Assembly: GCA_002011745.1 (NCBI GenBank)
Contig: MTOU01000013.1
Location: 128,279-192,278 of the forward strand
Reading direction: 5' to 3'
DNA length: 64,000 nt
DNA from: Nitrospirae bacterium JdFR-85
GTDB lineage: Bacteria; Nitrospirota; Thermodesulfovibrionia; Thermodesulfovibrionales; JdFR-85
The notes beneath the pieces are model-generated. The model was not told where the DNA came from and ran no database searches. It was given only the letters and a program-made list of their open reading frames with translations. The translations under genes were made by a program, and so were the position numbers. This document shows positions 1 through 9,246 of this stretch, piece after piece (the first letter of the stretch is position 1; each line of letters opens with the position of its first letter).

Positions 1-770
1 AATCTACTCTCAAAACCTCCATTCGTGATCAAAGAAGTCTCTGGATACATCTGCCTCCACAGTAGCAGAGCCTCTCGCTTTTTCCCCTGGTAGATAAAGA
101 AATCACACAGACGGAGCTTTGTATCTTCCTGCAAAAGAGAATGATCAACCATGTCCCAAAACTCTAATGTATCCTTCAGTCTTTTCTCTCTTATAAGATA
201 GAGCAGATAGGCATTATACAACCGAGGCTGACCGGAAATAAGGTTCTTTATTATATACTCATTTGGTATTCCCACATGATTATATAACTCATAAACCTTT
301 GTCTGATAATGAGAAGCCAGTTGTATATACTGTCTAAAGTAGTAGTTTGCTTTACTGAGGTCAGCTCCATTAATAAGATAAAACACCCCTGCTCTCCACA
401 GCACCTCAGGATTCTTAGGCCTTAACAGGGCATAGTTCTCTATTGCTCTGAATGCATTGTCAATCTCTCCTGTCTCATAATATGCATTTGCAAGGGCATA
501 CCATACATTTGGATCAAGAGGCATTCTATCAATAGCCTTTTTGTAATAATCTATTGCCCCAAGAATGTTCTTCTCTGAGAGGTTGTAATGTTTTTGGAGT
601 CCAATATAGAAATAACTACTTGCTTCTGCAGGAGCTATATTCGCTGCTATATTCAGTTTTTTAAGATTATATTTTTCTTGAAAAAGAGAGTTGAAAAATA
701 TACTCAGCAGATTAACAAGGACCAGGAAAGAGAGTATATGAATTGAGTAGATAACGATCCTCTGTTTCAT
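1..770 (-). CDS. TPR-repeat protein, N-terminal 256 codons (3' end lies beyond the left window edge)
   Basis: Own minus-strand translation from ATG 770-768 stays open to base 1: MKQRIVIYSIHILSFLVLVNLL...AIDYYKKAIDRMPLDPNVWYALANAYYETGEIDNAFRAIENYALLRPKNPEVLWRAGVFY... It has an N-terminal hydrophobic anchor followed by TPR-like helix pairs. ATGA start/stop overlap with the kinase gene upstream. Absent from the ORF track because it is edge-truncated. Confidence 0.7.
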   Translation of the reverse strand, partial: MKQRIVIYSIHILSFLVLVNLLSIFFNSLFQEKYNLKKLNIAANIAPAEASSYFYIGLQKHYNLSEKNILGAIDYYKKAIDRMPLDPNVWYALANAYYETGEIDNAFRAIENYALLRPKNPEVLWRAGVFYLINGADLSKANYYFRQYIQLASHYQTKVYELYNHVGIPNEYIIKNLISGQPRLYNAYLLYLIREKRLKDTLEFWDMVDHSLLQEDTKLRLCDFFIYQGKKREALLLWRQMYPETSLITNGGFESR

Positions 771-3028
771 GTATCTTCTTGTTTATAGTAAGAGGAATAA
801 TAAGAAGAGTAATAGTAATAATAGCCATACTTCATATCCTGCTCCTTCAGGTCATTCAGAACCACTCCGAGGATCTTTGCATTTATCTTATTAAGGAGTC
901 TTTTCGTCTCCTTCAGGGCATCCCTTGAGGTTTTACCTGCTTTTATTACTATTATAACCCCTTCTGTAAAGTTACTTAGATAAAGGCTATCTGTCATTCC
1001 AAGTACAGGAGCCGAGTCAATCAGAACAAAATCATACAGTGTATAAAGGGCATCAAGGAGATCCCTCATCCTTGCAGAACCCAATAGTTCAGAAGGATTT
1101 GGAGGTATCGGACCAGAAGTTATAATATCCAGCCCCTGAATATTTGTCTTTTTTATAAGCCCCTCATTAAACTCTATATTACCTGAGAGAAATGTAGAAA
1201 GTCCCACCTCATTTGTTATCCCGAACTTTTGATTAAGCATCGGTTTTCTTAGATCCGCATCAATCACTATTCCTCTCTTTAAGGATTTAATCAGGCTTGC
1301 TGCTGTATTACATACTACCGTGGTCTTCCCATCTCCTGAGCCAGGACTTGTAATAAGTATCGTTTTGGGAGGTTTAGAGGCAGACGAGAGCATTATAAAA
1401 GTGCCTATGGAACGGAAAGCCTCTGACAAGGGATTTGCACTGTCAGACAGTGTTACCAATTCATTCCCTGTGGAGTCAAAATCCTTAAAGTGTGGAATTA
1501 CACCCAGAGAAGGCAGATTAATCCTCTTCTCTACATCCTGCAAGTCCTTAACAGAATTATCAAAGTACTCTACAAAGAAGGCAAGACCCACACCACCAAA
1601 AAGGCCAACCAGGATAGAAAGCATGATATTCAATGATTTCTTTGGCTTAAATGGAGCCTCTGGATACTCTGCCCTATCAATTATCTGTATGTTTGTTGCT
1701 GTCATTGTGGCAGAAACACCTACTTCTTTTAATCTCTGGAGCATATTGTTATAGAGTTGTCTGTTTGTATCCACTTCCCTTTTCAGTATCTGATACTGTA
1801 CCATTTTGTTTTGAAAATCAAGGAGCTCTTTCTTGGTCTTCTCAAACAACTTTTTTAGATATTTCTCTCTTCTAAGGGCTGTTTTATAATCAGACTCTAT
1901 TGCTTTGATTATCCTTGTTTTTTCAAGATCTATCCTTTTGCTGATTGCTATCATCTGATTCTTTAAGGCCTTCATCTTTGTATATTCAGGTTTATAAATC
2001 TTCAGAAGTTCATAGTACTCTGACTCAAGAGATACATACTTCTTCTTAAGGTCCTGTATTAATGGATTATCCAGAATATAGGGACTATTGTCTCCAGAGG
2101 CCTTTATCTCCCTATAAATAGATTCTTTCTGGATTCTTATATTAGTAGCCTCGCTCAGGGCTGTGGATATCTCAGAAAGTCTCTGTGTAAGGATACTCTC
2201 TCTATCCTTGGTTTCATCAAGAAATATCACCTCATTCAGCGATGCATACTTATTAAGCTTCTCTTCCGACTCCTCCACCTTAGCCCTTATTACTTCTATC
2301 TGTTTTTCAAGCCACTGCCTTGCCTGCTTTGTTGCCTCTACCTTGCTGTCAAGGTTAAACTCAATATATGTATCTGCTATAGTATTTGCCACTTTCTTAG
2401 CAAGGTCTGGATCGTGAGATTTAAAACTAACTCTAACGAGCTGAGACTTTTTCACTGGTTGAACCTCAACCCTTTCAAGAAATGCATCAATCAGGTCAGT
2501 TCTTACACCATCTTCATAAATGGGAGTAGAAACTTTACCTTTGCCAGACTTTAAAAAACCTATCATACTCGAAAGAATAGAACTTAGAGAGAAACCCTTT
2601 CCGTCACCAATAAATTCCTTATGTCTGTCAAGATGAAGTTTCTTTATAACCCTTTTCGCAATATTACGACTTGAAAGAATCTTATACTGTGTCTCATAGT
2701 AATCAGCATCAATCCTTTCAATCTGATACACATCTTCAAATGCGAGAACTTTTGGAGGTTCTTTATCGATCTTTATGGTAACTGTAGACTTATATACAGG
2801 TTCTGTCATAAAAGTTATCAGTGTCACAGTTATTACAACAGAGATGAAAAATACTGCGACAATCCATTTTCTCCTCATTATAACGTTAAAATAATCCCTA
2901 AGATGGACCTCTTCCTCTAACTCCTCTTCGATATGCCTAATATGAGTGGATATTTCTCGATCTTTTGGTTCATAGGGTGTAAGGTCATGTTGATGTTCAG
3001 GATTCTTCTCTCTTCTGTCTTCTTCCAT
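767..3028 (-). CDS. polysaccharide chain-length determinant fused to BY-kinase (Wzc/EpsG-like tyrosine autokinase)
   Basis: 753 aa. Wzz-type N-terminal region with TM helix (WIVAVFFISVVITVTLITF), a long coiled coil and a second TM. Then a P-loop ATPase with Walker A SPGSGDGKTT, A' VIDADLRKP and B VLIDSAPV. C-terminal Tyr cluster YGYYYYYSSYYSSYY. GGAGG lies about 10 nt upstream of the ATG. Confidence 0.85.
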   Translation of the reverse strand: MEEDRREKNPEHQHDLTPYEPKDREISTHIRHIEEELEEEVHLRDYFNVIMRRKWIVAVFFISVVITVTLITFMTEPVYKSTVTIKIDKEPPKVLAFEDVYQIERIDADYYETQYKILSSRNIAKRVIKKLHLDRHKEFIGDGKGFSLSSILSSMIGFLKSGKGKVSTPIYEDGVRTDLIDAFLERVEVQPVKKSQLVRVSFKSHDPDLAKKVANTIADTYIEFNLDSKVEATKQARQWLEKQIEVIRAKVEESEEKLNKYASLNEVIFLDETKDRESILTQRLSEISTALSEATNIRIQKESIYREIKASGDNSPYILDNPLIQDLKKKYVSLESEYYELLKIYKPEYTKMKALKNQMIAISKRIDLEKTRIIKAIESDYKTALRREKYLKKLFEKTKKELLDFQNKMVQYQILKREVDTNRQLYNNMLQRLKEVGVSATMTATNIQIIDRAEYPEAPFKPKKSLNIMLSILVGLFGGVGLAFFVEYFDNSVKDLQDVEKRINLPSLGVIPHFKDFDSTGNELVTLSDSANPLSEAFRSIGTFIMLSSASKPPKTILITSPGSGDGKTTVVCNTAASLIKSLKRGIVIDADLRKPMLNQKFGITNEVGLSTFLSGNIEFNEGLIKKTNIQGLDIITSGPIPPNPSELLGSARMRDLLDALYTLYDFVLIDSAPVLGMTDSLYLSNFTEGVIIVIKAGKTSRDALKETKRLLNKINAKILGVVLNDLKEQDMKYGYYYYYSSYYSSYYKQEDT

Positions 3029-3043
3029 TATATGAAAACCTCC

Positions 3044-4054
3044 TTACAGACTCTTACCAAAAGAGATAAAACCTCTTATAGTATTAACAAATCCCTTCAG
3101 AAAGTTTTTCACTCCACTTTTTGGAACAATTATTATATCTTTATCCTGTATAAATATATCTGTCTTTTTTCCACTTATTATATCGTCATAATTCACTGTA
3201 ATAAGTTCCCTTTCAGGCTTCCCTGTATCTCTGTAAATGGTTATAGATGACTTGTCAGCCTCATACTTCAGTCCCTTTGCCATACTGATTGCTTGTACAA
3301 GGGTCATCTTACCCTCTATGGGAAAAGAACCCGGATTATTTACAGCACCATCCACAAAAAATACACCTCTCTTTGGTACATGCACCACATCTCCCGAAGA
3401 GAGAGGAATATTCAAAGTAGAATTACCATTAATCAAAAGGTCTCTAAGGTCAATCACTATCTTTTGGACGCCCTGAATCTCCCCTGACTCTTCTTGAATC
3501 ACCTTCTGTATAACACATATATCACCTGCATCTTCTGTCAAACCTCCAGCCATGGATAATACATCTACAAGATACTTCTGGCCTGTTACTGTATAGACCT
3601 GAGGATTCTTAACAGCACCGAGAACAGTAATCTGCTGACTTCTGTATTCCTTAACAAATACACTTACCACCGGCTCTACTATATACTTCTCTAATTTTTT
3701 TGAGAGATAATCTTCAAGTTCAGATACACTCATACCAGCAGCCTTTATTTTTCCTACCATCGGAAACTTAATATATCCCTCAGAGGTAACCCTTACAAGG
3801 GTCTTAAACTCTTCTGCTTGAAATACATTGATCTCTAATAGGTCTTCAGGACCTATTTTATAGTCCACCATTGAGAAAGGTCTTTTTAAGGTTATCTTAC
3901 TCTGCGAGAGCTTCAGATTTAACTGCTCAGATGGAGAGGATCTGGAAGAGACATAGGCATGACGAAGATTAGAATGTAAACTCCTGTCTGCACAACTATA
4001 ACTTCCAACCAGGCATATTACTATTATTATAGCCTTCCAGAGATTTTTATACAT
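3044..4054 (-). CDS. polysaccharide export protein (Wza/EpsE-like, Poly_export plus SLBB repeats)
   Basis: 336 aa with a signal peptide ending in Cys (LVGSYSC). YKIGPEDLLEINVF, GAVKNPQVY and DGAVNNPGSF are typical of Poly_export/SLBB domains. Located directly upstream of the BY-kinase gene on the same strand. Confidence 0.8.
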   Translation of the reverse strand: MYKNLWKAIIIVICLVGSYSCADRSLHSNLRHAYVSSRSSPSEQLNLKLSQSKITLKRPFSMVDYKIGPEDLLEINVFQAEEFKTLVRVTSEGYIKFPMVGKIKAAGMSVSELEDYLSKKLEKYIVEPVVSVFVKEYRSQQITVLGAVKNPQVYTVTGQKYLVDVLSMAGGLTEDAGDICVIQKVIQEESGEIQGVQKIVIDLRDLLINGNSTLNIPLSSGDVVHVPKRGVFFVDGAVNNPGSFPIEGKMTLVQAISMAKGLKYEADKSSITIYRDTGKPERELITVNYDDIISGKKTDIFIQDKDIIIVPKSGVKNFLKGFVNTIRGFISFGKSL

Positions 4055-4076
4055 GTTTTAATATATTTTTTATCTG

Positions 4077-4802
4077 CTATGGAGCTGAGGGACTAACATC
4101 TTCTTCACTTAATATAACATATCCTACTGCTGCTGCACCTGCCAAAATATAAAAAAGTGTATTAGCAAATTTCTCTCCTGTCAATGCCAAGGTCTCAGCC
4201 CCAATAGCCTGAACCTGGACAACCTTGATATTGCTGTCAGTTGAAGAGACCTCCACCCCCTTGCCTGCAGTAAGGCGCATCATTGTCTCACCACTTGATG
4301 TCTTTATATTAATCTGTCCTGAAAAAGTCACAACTTTTGTCCTTTTACCATCATACAAAACTCCAACAATCGTTGTATTCTCAGTAGCCGATACCTTTTG
4401 TATCATCTTCTTAGAACTCTTTATCTCTCCTACCAGATCTGGTGTCTTTATAATCATCACTGTTCCCTCAGGCACACTGAATATCACTTTCCCTGCCACA
4501 ACCTCAACCACATAACTACCCACTTTTCCTTTAATCACCACCTCTGAACTATCACCCACCTCAAGACGGGTACTATCTTTGAAGACAAAAGACATTCTTC
4601 CTTTTTTAGTTTTGAATCTTGAATTATCAGTAACAGGATATACTTTGTCTATCTTGCTCCATTTACCAGAATCTAAAAGGATTCTTCCTTCTCCTGTTAC
4701 TGCTACCTGACCAATAATCCTATCAACAGAAGCTGCTAATATCACAGGCTGCAAAATGAATACAACAAAAAAAACTAAAATTATAGGTGTAATTTTCTTC
4801 AT
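4077..4802 (-). CDS. secreted FecR-like domain protein with C-terminal membrane anchor
   Basis: 241 aa. Signal peptide MKKITPIILVFFVVFILQPVILAAS, a beta-rich body resembling FecR-type domains (GKWSKIDKVYPVTDNSRFKTKKGRMSFVFKDSTRLEVGDSSEVVI), and a hydrophobic C-terminal helix LFYILAGAAAVGYVIL. First gene of the EPS export operon. Confidence 0.45.
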   Translation of the reverse strand: MKKITPIILVFFVVFILQPVILAASVDRIIGQVAVTGEGRILLDSGKWSKIDKVYPVTDNSRFKTKKGRMSFVFKDSTRLEVGDSSEVVIKGKVGSYVVEVVAGKVIFSVPEGTVMIIKTPDLVGEIKSSKKMIQKVSATENTTIVGVLYDGKRTKVVTFSGQINIKTSSGETMMRLTAGKGVEVSSTDSNIKVVQVQAIGAETLALTGEKFANTLFYILAGAAAVGYVILSEEDVSPSAP

Positions 4803-4971
4803 TTTTTACCCTCCGTTAATTGTTTATGTTCTTTTAAATTATATCACCTATAATGATCTTTGTCAATAATAATCTTTGATTCATGCATAAATTTTAGAGT
4901 AATATCCCATTATTTGGATTTTTTAGGATAAATACCTTTAAAATTAAGAATCGATCTTTTCTGGAGCAAAG

Positions 4972-6174
4972 ATGAACAGTAAAGAAATCAAGCACCAAAA
5001 AAGTTTTGCTCAACGGCTTATTCTTCTGTTTCCTCTATCTCTGGAAAAAGAGTTTATAGATTTCTATTTAAAGAGAAACCTTACTCAGTTAAGACGCTCT
5101 GTAATTATAGGTTGGGCACTTTACTCAGTCTTTGGTATCCTTGACAGGGTTATATATAGTGAATTTATAAAGGAATTCTGGCTAATTAGGTATGCAATCC
5201 TCTCACCTCTTGCAATAGGTTTTTATATATATTTAAGGTTAAATAAAAAGCCTTCAGATATTTTTATCCAGTCATTCTATTCTTTGATTATCTTTATTGC
5301 CGGTCTTGGACTAATTACAATGTTGGTGATAACATCAGAGGATAAAACACAGCCCTATTTTGAAGGTATCATGCTTACCATCTTTTATGCCTATATCTTC
5401 ACAGGATTGAGATTTTACTTTGCCACGGCTTCTGCACTAGCTATTACACTCTGTTACTTTTTAGCCCTTTCATACAGTCTGTATCTTCCGGTTCCGCTTC
5501 AGATAAACAATACTTTTGGATTACTGGCTGCTAATATGGTGGGAATCTTTGGAAGTTACTCTATGGAAAGTTATATTCGCAGAGACTTTCTTCAATCCAG
5601 ACAACTGGAATCAGAAAGGAGCAAACTGAAGAAGGAAAATGTTGAGTTAACAATTCAGTCACGTATTGATCCCCTGACAAATCTTCTAAATCGTCGCGCT
5701 TTTGAAGAAACACTTGCAAACGAAATAAAAAGAGCTGAAAGACATGAGTATCCTCTGTCTCTTCTCATTCTTGATATAGATAACTTTAAACTGTACAATG
5801 ACATCTATGGACACCTAAAGGGTGATGAATGTCTCAAAAAGGTGGCTTCGGTCTTACTGAAATATGCCAGAAGAGCAGGGGATACTGTTGCACGGTATGG
5901 AGGAGAAGAGTTTGTTATACTGCTGCCTGGCACATCAATTAATGTGACTGAAGATATTGCTGAAAGAATCAGACAGGAGATAGAATTGATGAAAATTCTT
6001 CATATAGGCAATCCGCCTATTAATGTTGTTAGTGTTAGTATAGGAGGTATAAGTCTCATCCCTTCAAAAGAGTTAAAAGAAGATGATATTATTAGAGCAG
6101 CAGATGAGGCAATGTATACTGCTAAAAGAGATGGAAAGAACAGGGTGGTGATTGTGGGTCAATTATTAAAGTAA
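4972..6174 (+). CDS. membrane-bound diguanylate cyclase (GGDEF domain)
   Basis: 400 aa. About 200 aa of polytopic membrane region, then DPLTNLLNRRAF...LDIDNFKLYNDIYGHLKGDECL...RYGGEEFVILLP, an intact GGEEF active site. Confidence 0.85.
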   Translation: MNSKEIKHQKSFAQRLILLFPLSLEKEFIDFYLKRNLTQLRRSVIIGWALYSVFGILDRVIYSEFIKEFWLIRYAILSPLAIGFYIYLRLNKKPSDIFIQSFYSLIIFIAGLGLITMLVITSEDKTQPYFEGIMLTIFYAYIFTGLRFYFATASALAITLCYFLALSYSLYLPVPLQINNTFGLLAANMVGIFGSYSMESYIRRDFLQSRQLESERSKLKKENVELTIQSRIDPLTNLLNRRAFEETLANEIKRAERHEYPLSLLILDIDNFKLYNDIYGHLKGDECLKKVASVLLKYARRAGDTVARYGGEEFVILLPGTSINVTEDIAERIRQEIELMKILHIGNPPINVVSVSIGGISLIPSKELKEDDIIRAADEAMYTAKRDGKNRVVIVGQLLK

Positions 6175-6219
6175 TCAGGTATTGACAAATACTAAATTCA
6201 AAGAAAGGAGGGAGTTTTT

Positions 6220-7239
6220 ATGGCTACAATAACTATTTGTACCTTCAATGTGGAGAACCTTTTTGGCAGATACAAGGTCTTTGGTTATCTTCCTGGAGGA
6301 AGATTCAGAAAGGAGATTCTCTCACCAGAAGAACTTGAAGACAAAGGCGGATTTCTTCCTGGAGAGATATTCGCTCCAAAAAATTCTTTCCAGGTCTTTG
6401 ATAAAGACCAGTGGAGGATACTAACTGCCAAGGCTTTAAAAGGTAAGACCCTTAACTACCCAGATATAGCCTGTCTTCAAGAGGTAGAGAATATGAGGGT
6501 ATTAAGACGGTTTAACAGAGATTATCTTGGAGATGTCTATCCCTATGCCCTGTTGATTGACTCTCATGATCCCAGACTCATAGATATTGGAATCTTAAGT
6601 AAATATAGGATCATAGATGTTAAAACCCATATTGATGAACCCTATAGTGACAGGTCAGGCTATCTATTCAGCAGAGACTGTCTTGAGGTCACCTTTGATA
6701 TAAACAGTACACCTCTGACCTTGTTTGTAACCCATCTGAAGTCAAAATATGCAAGGGGACGAAAACAGAAAGAAAGGGCTAACAAAAAGAGAGAGGCTCA
6801 GGCCACAAGAGTAGCTGAGATTGTAAGAGATAGATTCAAAGGAAGAAGCTTTTCTAATAGGGCTTTTGCTGTAGTTGGAGATTTTAACGATACACCGAAT
6901 TCCAAGTTTTTAAAACCACTTGTAAAGGACTTAGGACTGGAGAATGTTATTGGAAGAATACCTACTAAAACAGAGCAATGGACTCACTGGTGGGAGAGTA
7001 AAAATATAGTAAGCCAGCTCGATTATATTCTTCTGTCACCCAGACTATCAGAGCACTCTCCTGGAAAGCCTTATATTGAGAGGAGAGGAATAAGCTCAGC
7101 TAAAAGATACAGCTACCTTGGGACTCCAGATGATAAAAAAGGCGAAAAGATAGATTTCAGATTTGAAAGATTTCCTGAGGTAACAGATGAGATAGAGGCG
7201 TCTGACCATTGTCCTGTATTTTTTGAGGTGAAGCTATGA
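6220..7239 (+). CDS. endonuclease/exonuclease/phosphatase (EEP) family protein
   Basis: 339 aa. N-terminal ICTFNVENLF, central CLQEVEN, VVGDFNDTP and C-terminal SDHCPVFFEV are the conserved EEP catalytic blocks. AGGAGG precedes the ATG. Confidence 0.8.
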   Translation: MATITICTFNVENLFGRYKVFGYLPGGRFRKEILSPEELEDKGGFLPGEIFAPKNSFQVFDKDQWRILTAKALKGKTLNYPDIACLQEVENMRVLRRFNRDYLGDVYPYALLIDSHDPRLIDIGILSKYRIIDVKTHIDEPYSDRSGYLFSRDCLEVTFDINSTPLTLFVTHLKSKYARGRKQKERANKKREAQATRVAEIVRDRFKGRSFSNRAFAVVGDFNDTPNSKFLKPLVKDLGLENVIGRIPTKTEQWTHWWESKNIVSQLDYILLSPRLSEHSPGKPYIERRGISSAKRYSYLGTPDDKKGEKIDFRFERFPEVTDEIEASDHCPVFFEVKL

Positions 7240-7277
7240 AAGAATCCGTCTGATCCCTTCAGATACGTGATTGACCC

Positions 7278-7329
7278 TCTACCAGTTCCGCCACTCTCGC
7301 TATATTGATTTTAAATGATTTTCTGGTAG
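7278..7329 (-). repeat. left copy of 52-bp inverted repeat (tRNA-Leu positions 1-23 plus 29 nt of tRNA upstream flank, minus orientation)
   Basis: The reverse complement of 7278-7329 is ctaccagaaaatcAtttaaaatcaatatagcgagagtggcggaactggtaga. It matches 11176-11227 at 51 of 52 positions; the single difference is 7316 vs 11189. Confidence 0.95.
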
Positions 7330-7369
7330 TTCCATTATTTCTGTTCTTTCCCATATTTTCTGTTTAGTG

Positions 7370-7397
7370 TGCTACCTTCTGCTACCATTTTGCTACC
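7370..7397 (+). repeat. three phased TGCTACC direct repeats (possible arm-type recombinase/Xis binding sites or iterons)
   Basis: TGCTACC occurs at 7370-7376, 7380-7386 and 7391-7397, with 10- and 11-bp spacing. The repeats lie 41 bp inside the left inverted repeat and share the CTACC core with both ends of the 52-bp repeat. Confidence 0.6.
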
Positions 7398-7453
7398 CTA
7401 AATCAGGTGGAATAAGATAAAATATCAACAAAACCATTCAAAGGAGTACAGAA

Positions 7454-7546
7454 ATGGCAGGAACAACATCCATAAAAGACAAGATCAGGGTTTCAGAATT
7501 AACCGTAGCAGAACTAAGGGAGCTGAGAAGAGAGGTTATACTCTAA
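7454..7546 (+). CDS. small hypothetical ORF (30 aa), possibly the 5' part of a frameshifted ~60-codon gene running to 7637
   Basis: AAGGAG at 7441-7446 lies 7 nt before the ATG. Translation is MAGTTSIKDKIRVSELTVAELRELRREVIL. A shifted frame continues ...LYSKKIEESLETHRPKQSTVGRFPKCRGKIQGL to TAA 7635-7637. Confidence 0.25.
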   Translation: MAGTTSIKDKIRVSELTVAELRELRREVIL

Positions 7547-7649
7547 AAAGATTGAGGAAAGTTTGGAAACACATAGACCGAAGCAAAGTACTGTTGGAAG
7601 GTTTCCGAAATGTCGTGGTAAAATACAAGGTCTCTAAAGGACGGATCGT

Positions 7650-8081
7650 ATGGGTACCAGCACTTTTGAAGTGCTGAGGGAAGCGTTTGGAAGGGTCGTC
7701 CTCCCGGACGACGTAGTTGCCGTGCACCTTTTTGGTTTGGCAGCAAGGGACAGGCAGAGAGAAGACAGCGACGTGGACGTGGCTTTCCTCCCGGACTACG
7801 GAACCGACGCAATGAAACACCTCGAAACGACGACGTTAATCGAGGGCGTAGTTCAGAAGGCAGTTGGAGACAGTAACGCGAAAGTCGACGTGGTAAACCT
7901 ACGGAGTACTACGACCTCCGTAGAACTGAAGTACGAGGTAATAACCCAGGGTAGAGTTCTGTACGAAAAAGACCACGACCAGAGGCTTGAGTTTGAGGCA
8001 TTCGTAAGAGGAGAGTACTTTGACTTCATGCCTTTCGTCGAACAACTAAGAAGGAAAAAACTAAGTGATGAAACTAAGTGA
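7650..8081 (+). CDS. minimal nucleotidyltransferase (MNT-type, antitoxin-like partner of HEPN)
   Basis: 143 aa. VAVHLFGLAARDRQREDSDVDVAFL is the hG[GS]...DxD nucleotidyltransferase-fold signature, with Leu in place of the usual Ser. The stop overlaps the ATG of the HEPN remnant (TGATG). Confidence 0.75.
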   Translation: MGTSTFEVLREAFGRVVLPDDVVAVHLFGLAARDRQREDSDVDVAFLPDYGTDAMKHLETTTLIEGVVQKAVGDSNAKVDVVNLRSTTTSVELKYEVITQGRVLYEKDHDQRLEFEAFVRGEYFDFMPFVEQLRRKKLSDETK

Positions 8082-8086
8082 TGAAA
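8061..8086 (+). repeat. perfect 13-bp tandem duplication ctaagtgatgaaa x2 at the MNT stop / HEPN start junction
   Basis: 8061-8073 and 8074-8086 are identical by direct reading. Confidence 0.95.
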
Positions 8087-8288
8087 GGAATTAACAGGAA
8101 AATAGAGATCGTAGAAGAGGGCTTAAATTGGTTTGAGGAACTTAATAGTACACCGTTACGACGAGGTAGAGCCGTCCGTAGTGTACGGAATAATCAGCAA
8201 ACGTCTCGAAGACGTAGAAAAAGTTAAAGATCAATACCTCGAGGTACTTAAAAAAGAGCGGAAAACAAACAGGACGAGAGCTAAATAG
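8081..8288 (+). pseudogene. HEPN (DUF86-like) toxin remnant with internal deletion and frame change
   Basis: Frame 1 gives MKGINRKIEIVEEGLNWFEELNS and then nonsense. A second frame from about 8150 gives HRYDEVEPSVVYGIISKRLEDVEKVKDQYLEVLKK, which resembles the ...H.Y... tail of DUF86 proteins. The central ~80 aa that normally carry the Rx4-6H core are missing. Confidence 0.55.
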
Positions 8289-8300
8289 GAAGGTGTTACG

Positions 8301-9234
8301 ATGACGAGAATCATTTCGTGGCTTTGTCTCTGTCTTTATTTCTGTTTTCCTGTGGTGGTGGGGGTGGAGAGGACTACGGCACTGGTAACAGTACTGGCAA
8401 CTACGTAGTGGAAGAATTTAAGGCTACTCCAGACGGCATCGTCAGAGACTGTAGCATTCACGTAGGCTGTATCAGCAACTTTCCTGATTACCAGGTGTCG
8501 GTAATTACCTGGTCAGTTACGGGTGCTGAAAACGAAACGATAGAGTTCTGCACAGCAGGTGGTGCGTGCGAAGTAGTTGGCTCTACGGGCAGTAAAACCG
8601 TAGCGCCTCAGCAAAACACTACTTACGAGCTAAGGATAAACGGAGAAGTGAAGGGCACCGTTGACGTGTACGTCTACGATCCAGATCAGCTGCTCATTGA
8701 CCTGAACGTTTATTCAGGACATACTGAGAGGTGGCTCGACGGAGTGATAAAGGTGTACGACGAAACGAACTTTCCTTACCTCCAGGAGACCTTGGACTTC
8801 TTTAACTCCAGGTTGCCGGACAACGTGCGGCTCGTTACAACGACGGAGCCTGACCTTGCGGAAGTAATCATCTCCTTCGCGCCTAACGCCACGTGGGACA
8901 TTGGACTCAGTTCCTGTCCGCACGACCCGGACGCTTACTACAAAAACCCTCCTTGTGACATATGGGTCAAAAATTCCTCCGTCTATGTGACAGATCAGCT
9001 GGTAATTGCCCACGAGCTGGCACACATTCTCGGCTTTCTATCCCACACGGACACGAGCGGTTATCCCGAAGAAGGCGGCTGTTTCAGTCCTCCAAGTCTC
9101 TGATGAACGGTACGTGTGTTCCCATAAACGACATTTCCGACCTCGAAACCTACTGGACGCCTCTAATAGACATATTCTTCAGACACCTTTACAGCTTACC
9201 GCCAGGCACCTGCATGTATCCGGAGCTCTGCTGA
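8301..9234 (+). pseudogene. metzincin-motif zinc metalloprotease lipoprotein, apparently broken by two frameshifts
   Basis: The longest ORF (8318-9103) has the lipobox LFLFSCGGGG and HELAHILGFLSH (HExxHxxGxxH). A good SD plus ATG at 8301 (MTRIIS) is out of frame by one nt with that ORF. The expected Met-turn (KSLMNG) and a further 45 codons lie in another frame ending at 9234. Confidence 0.55.
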
Positions 9235-9246
9235 AAAAGCAAAAAA

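Noticed and set aside
7330-7450. Possible detached C-terminal half of the integrase (SSV-type split int) next to the left repeat
   Set aside because: All six frames give only very short ORFs; the longest relevant one is MVAEGSTLNRKYGKEQK on the minus strand. None contains the His-x-x-Arg or Tyr region, so the idea is not supported.
7536-7820. 94-aa and 89-aa minus-strand ORFs
   Set aside because: They overlap the MNT gene in the G+C-rich block, where long spurious ORFs are expected. They contain no motifs.
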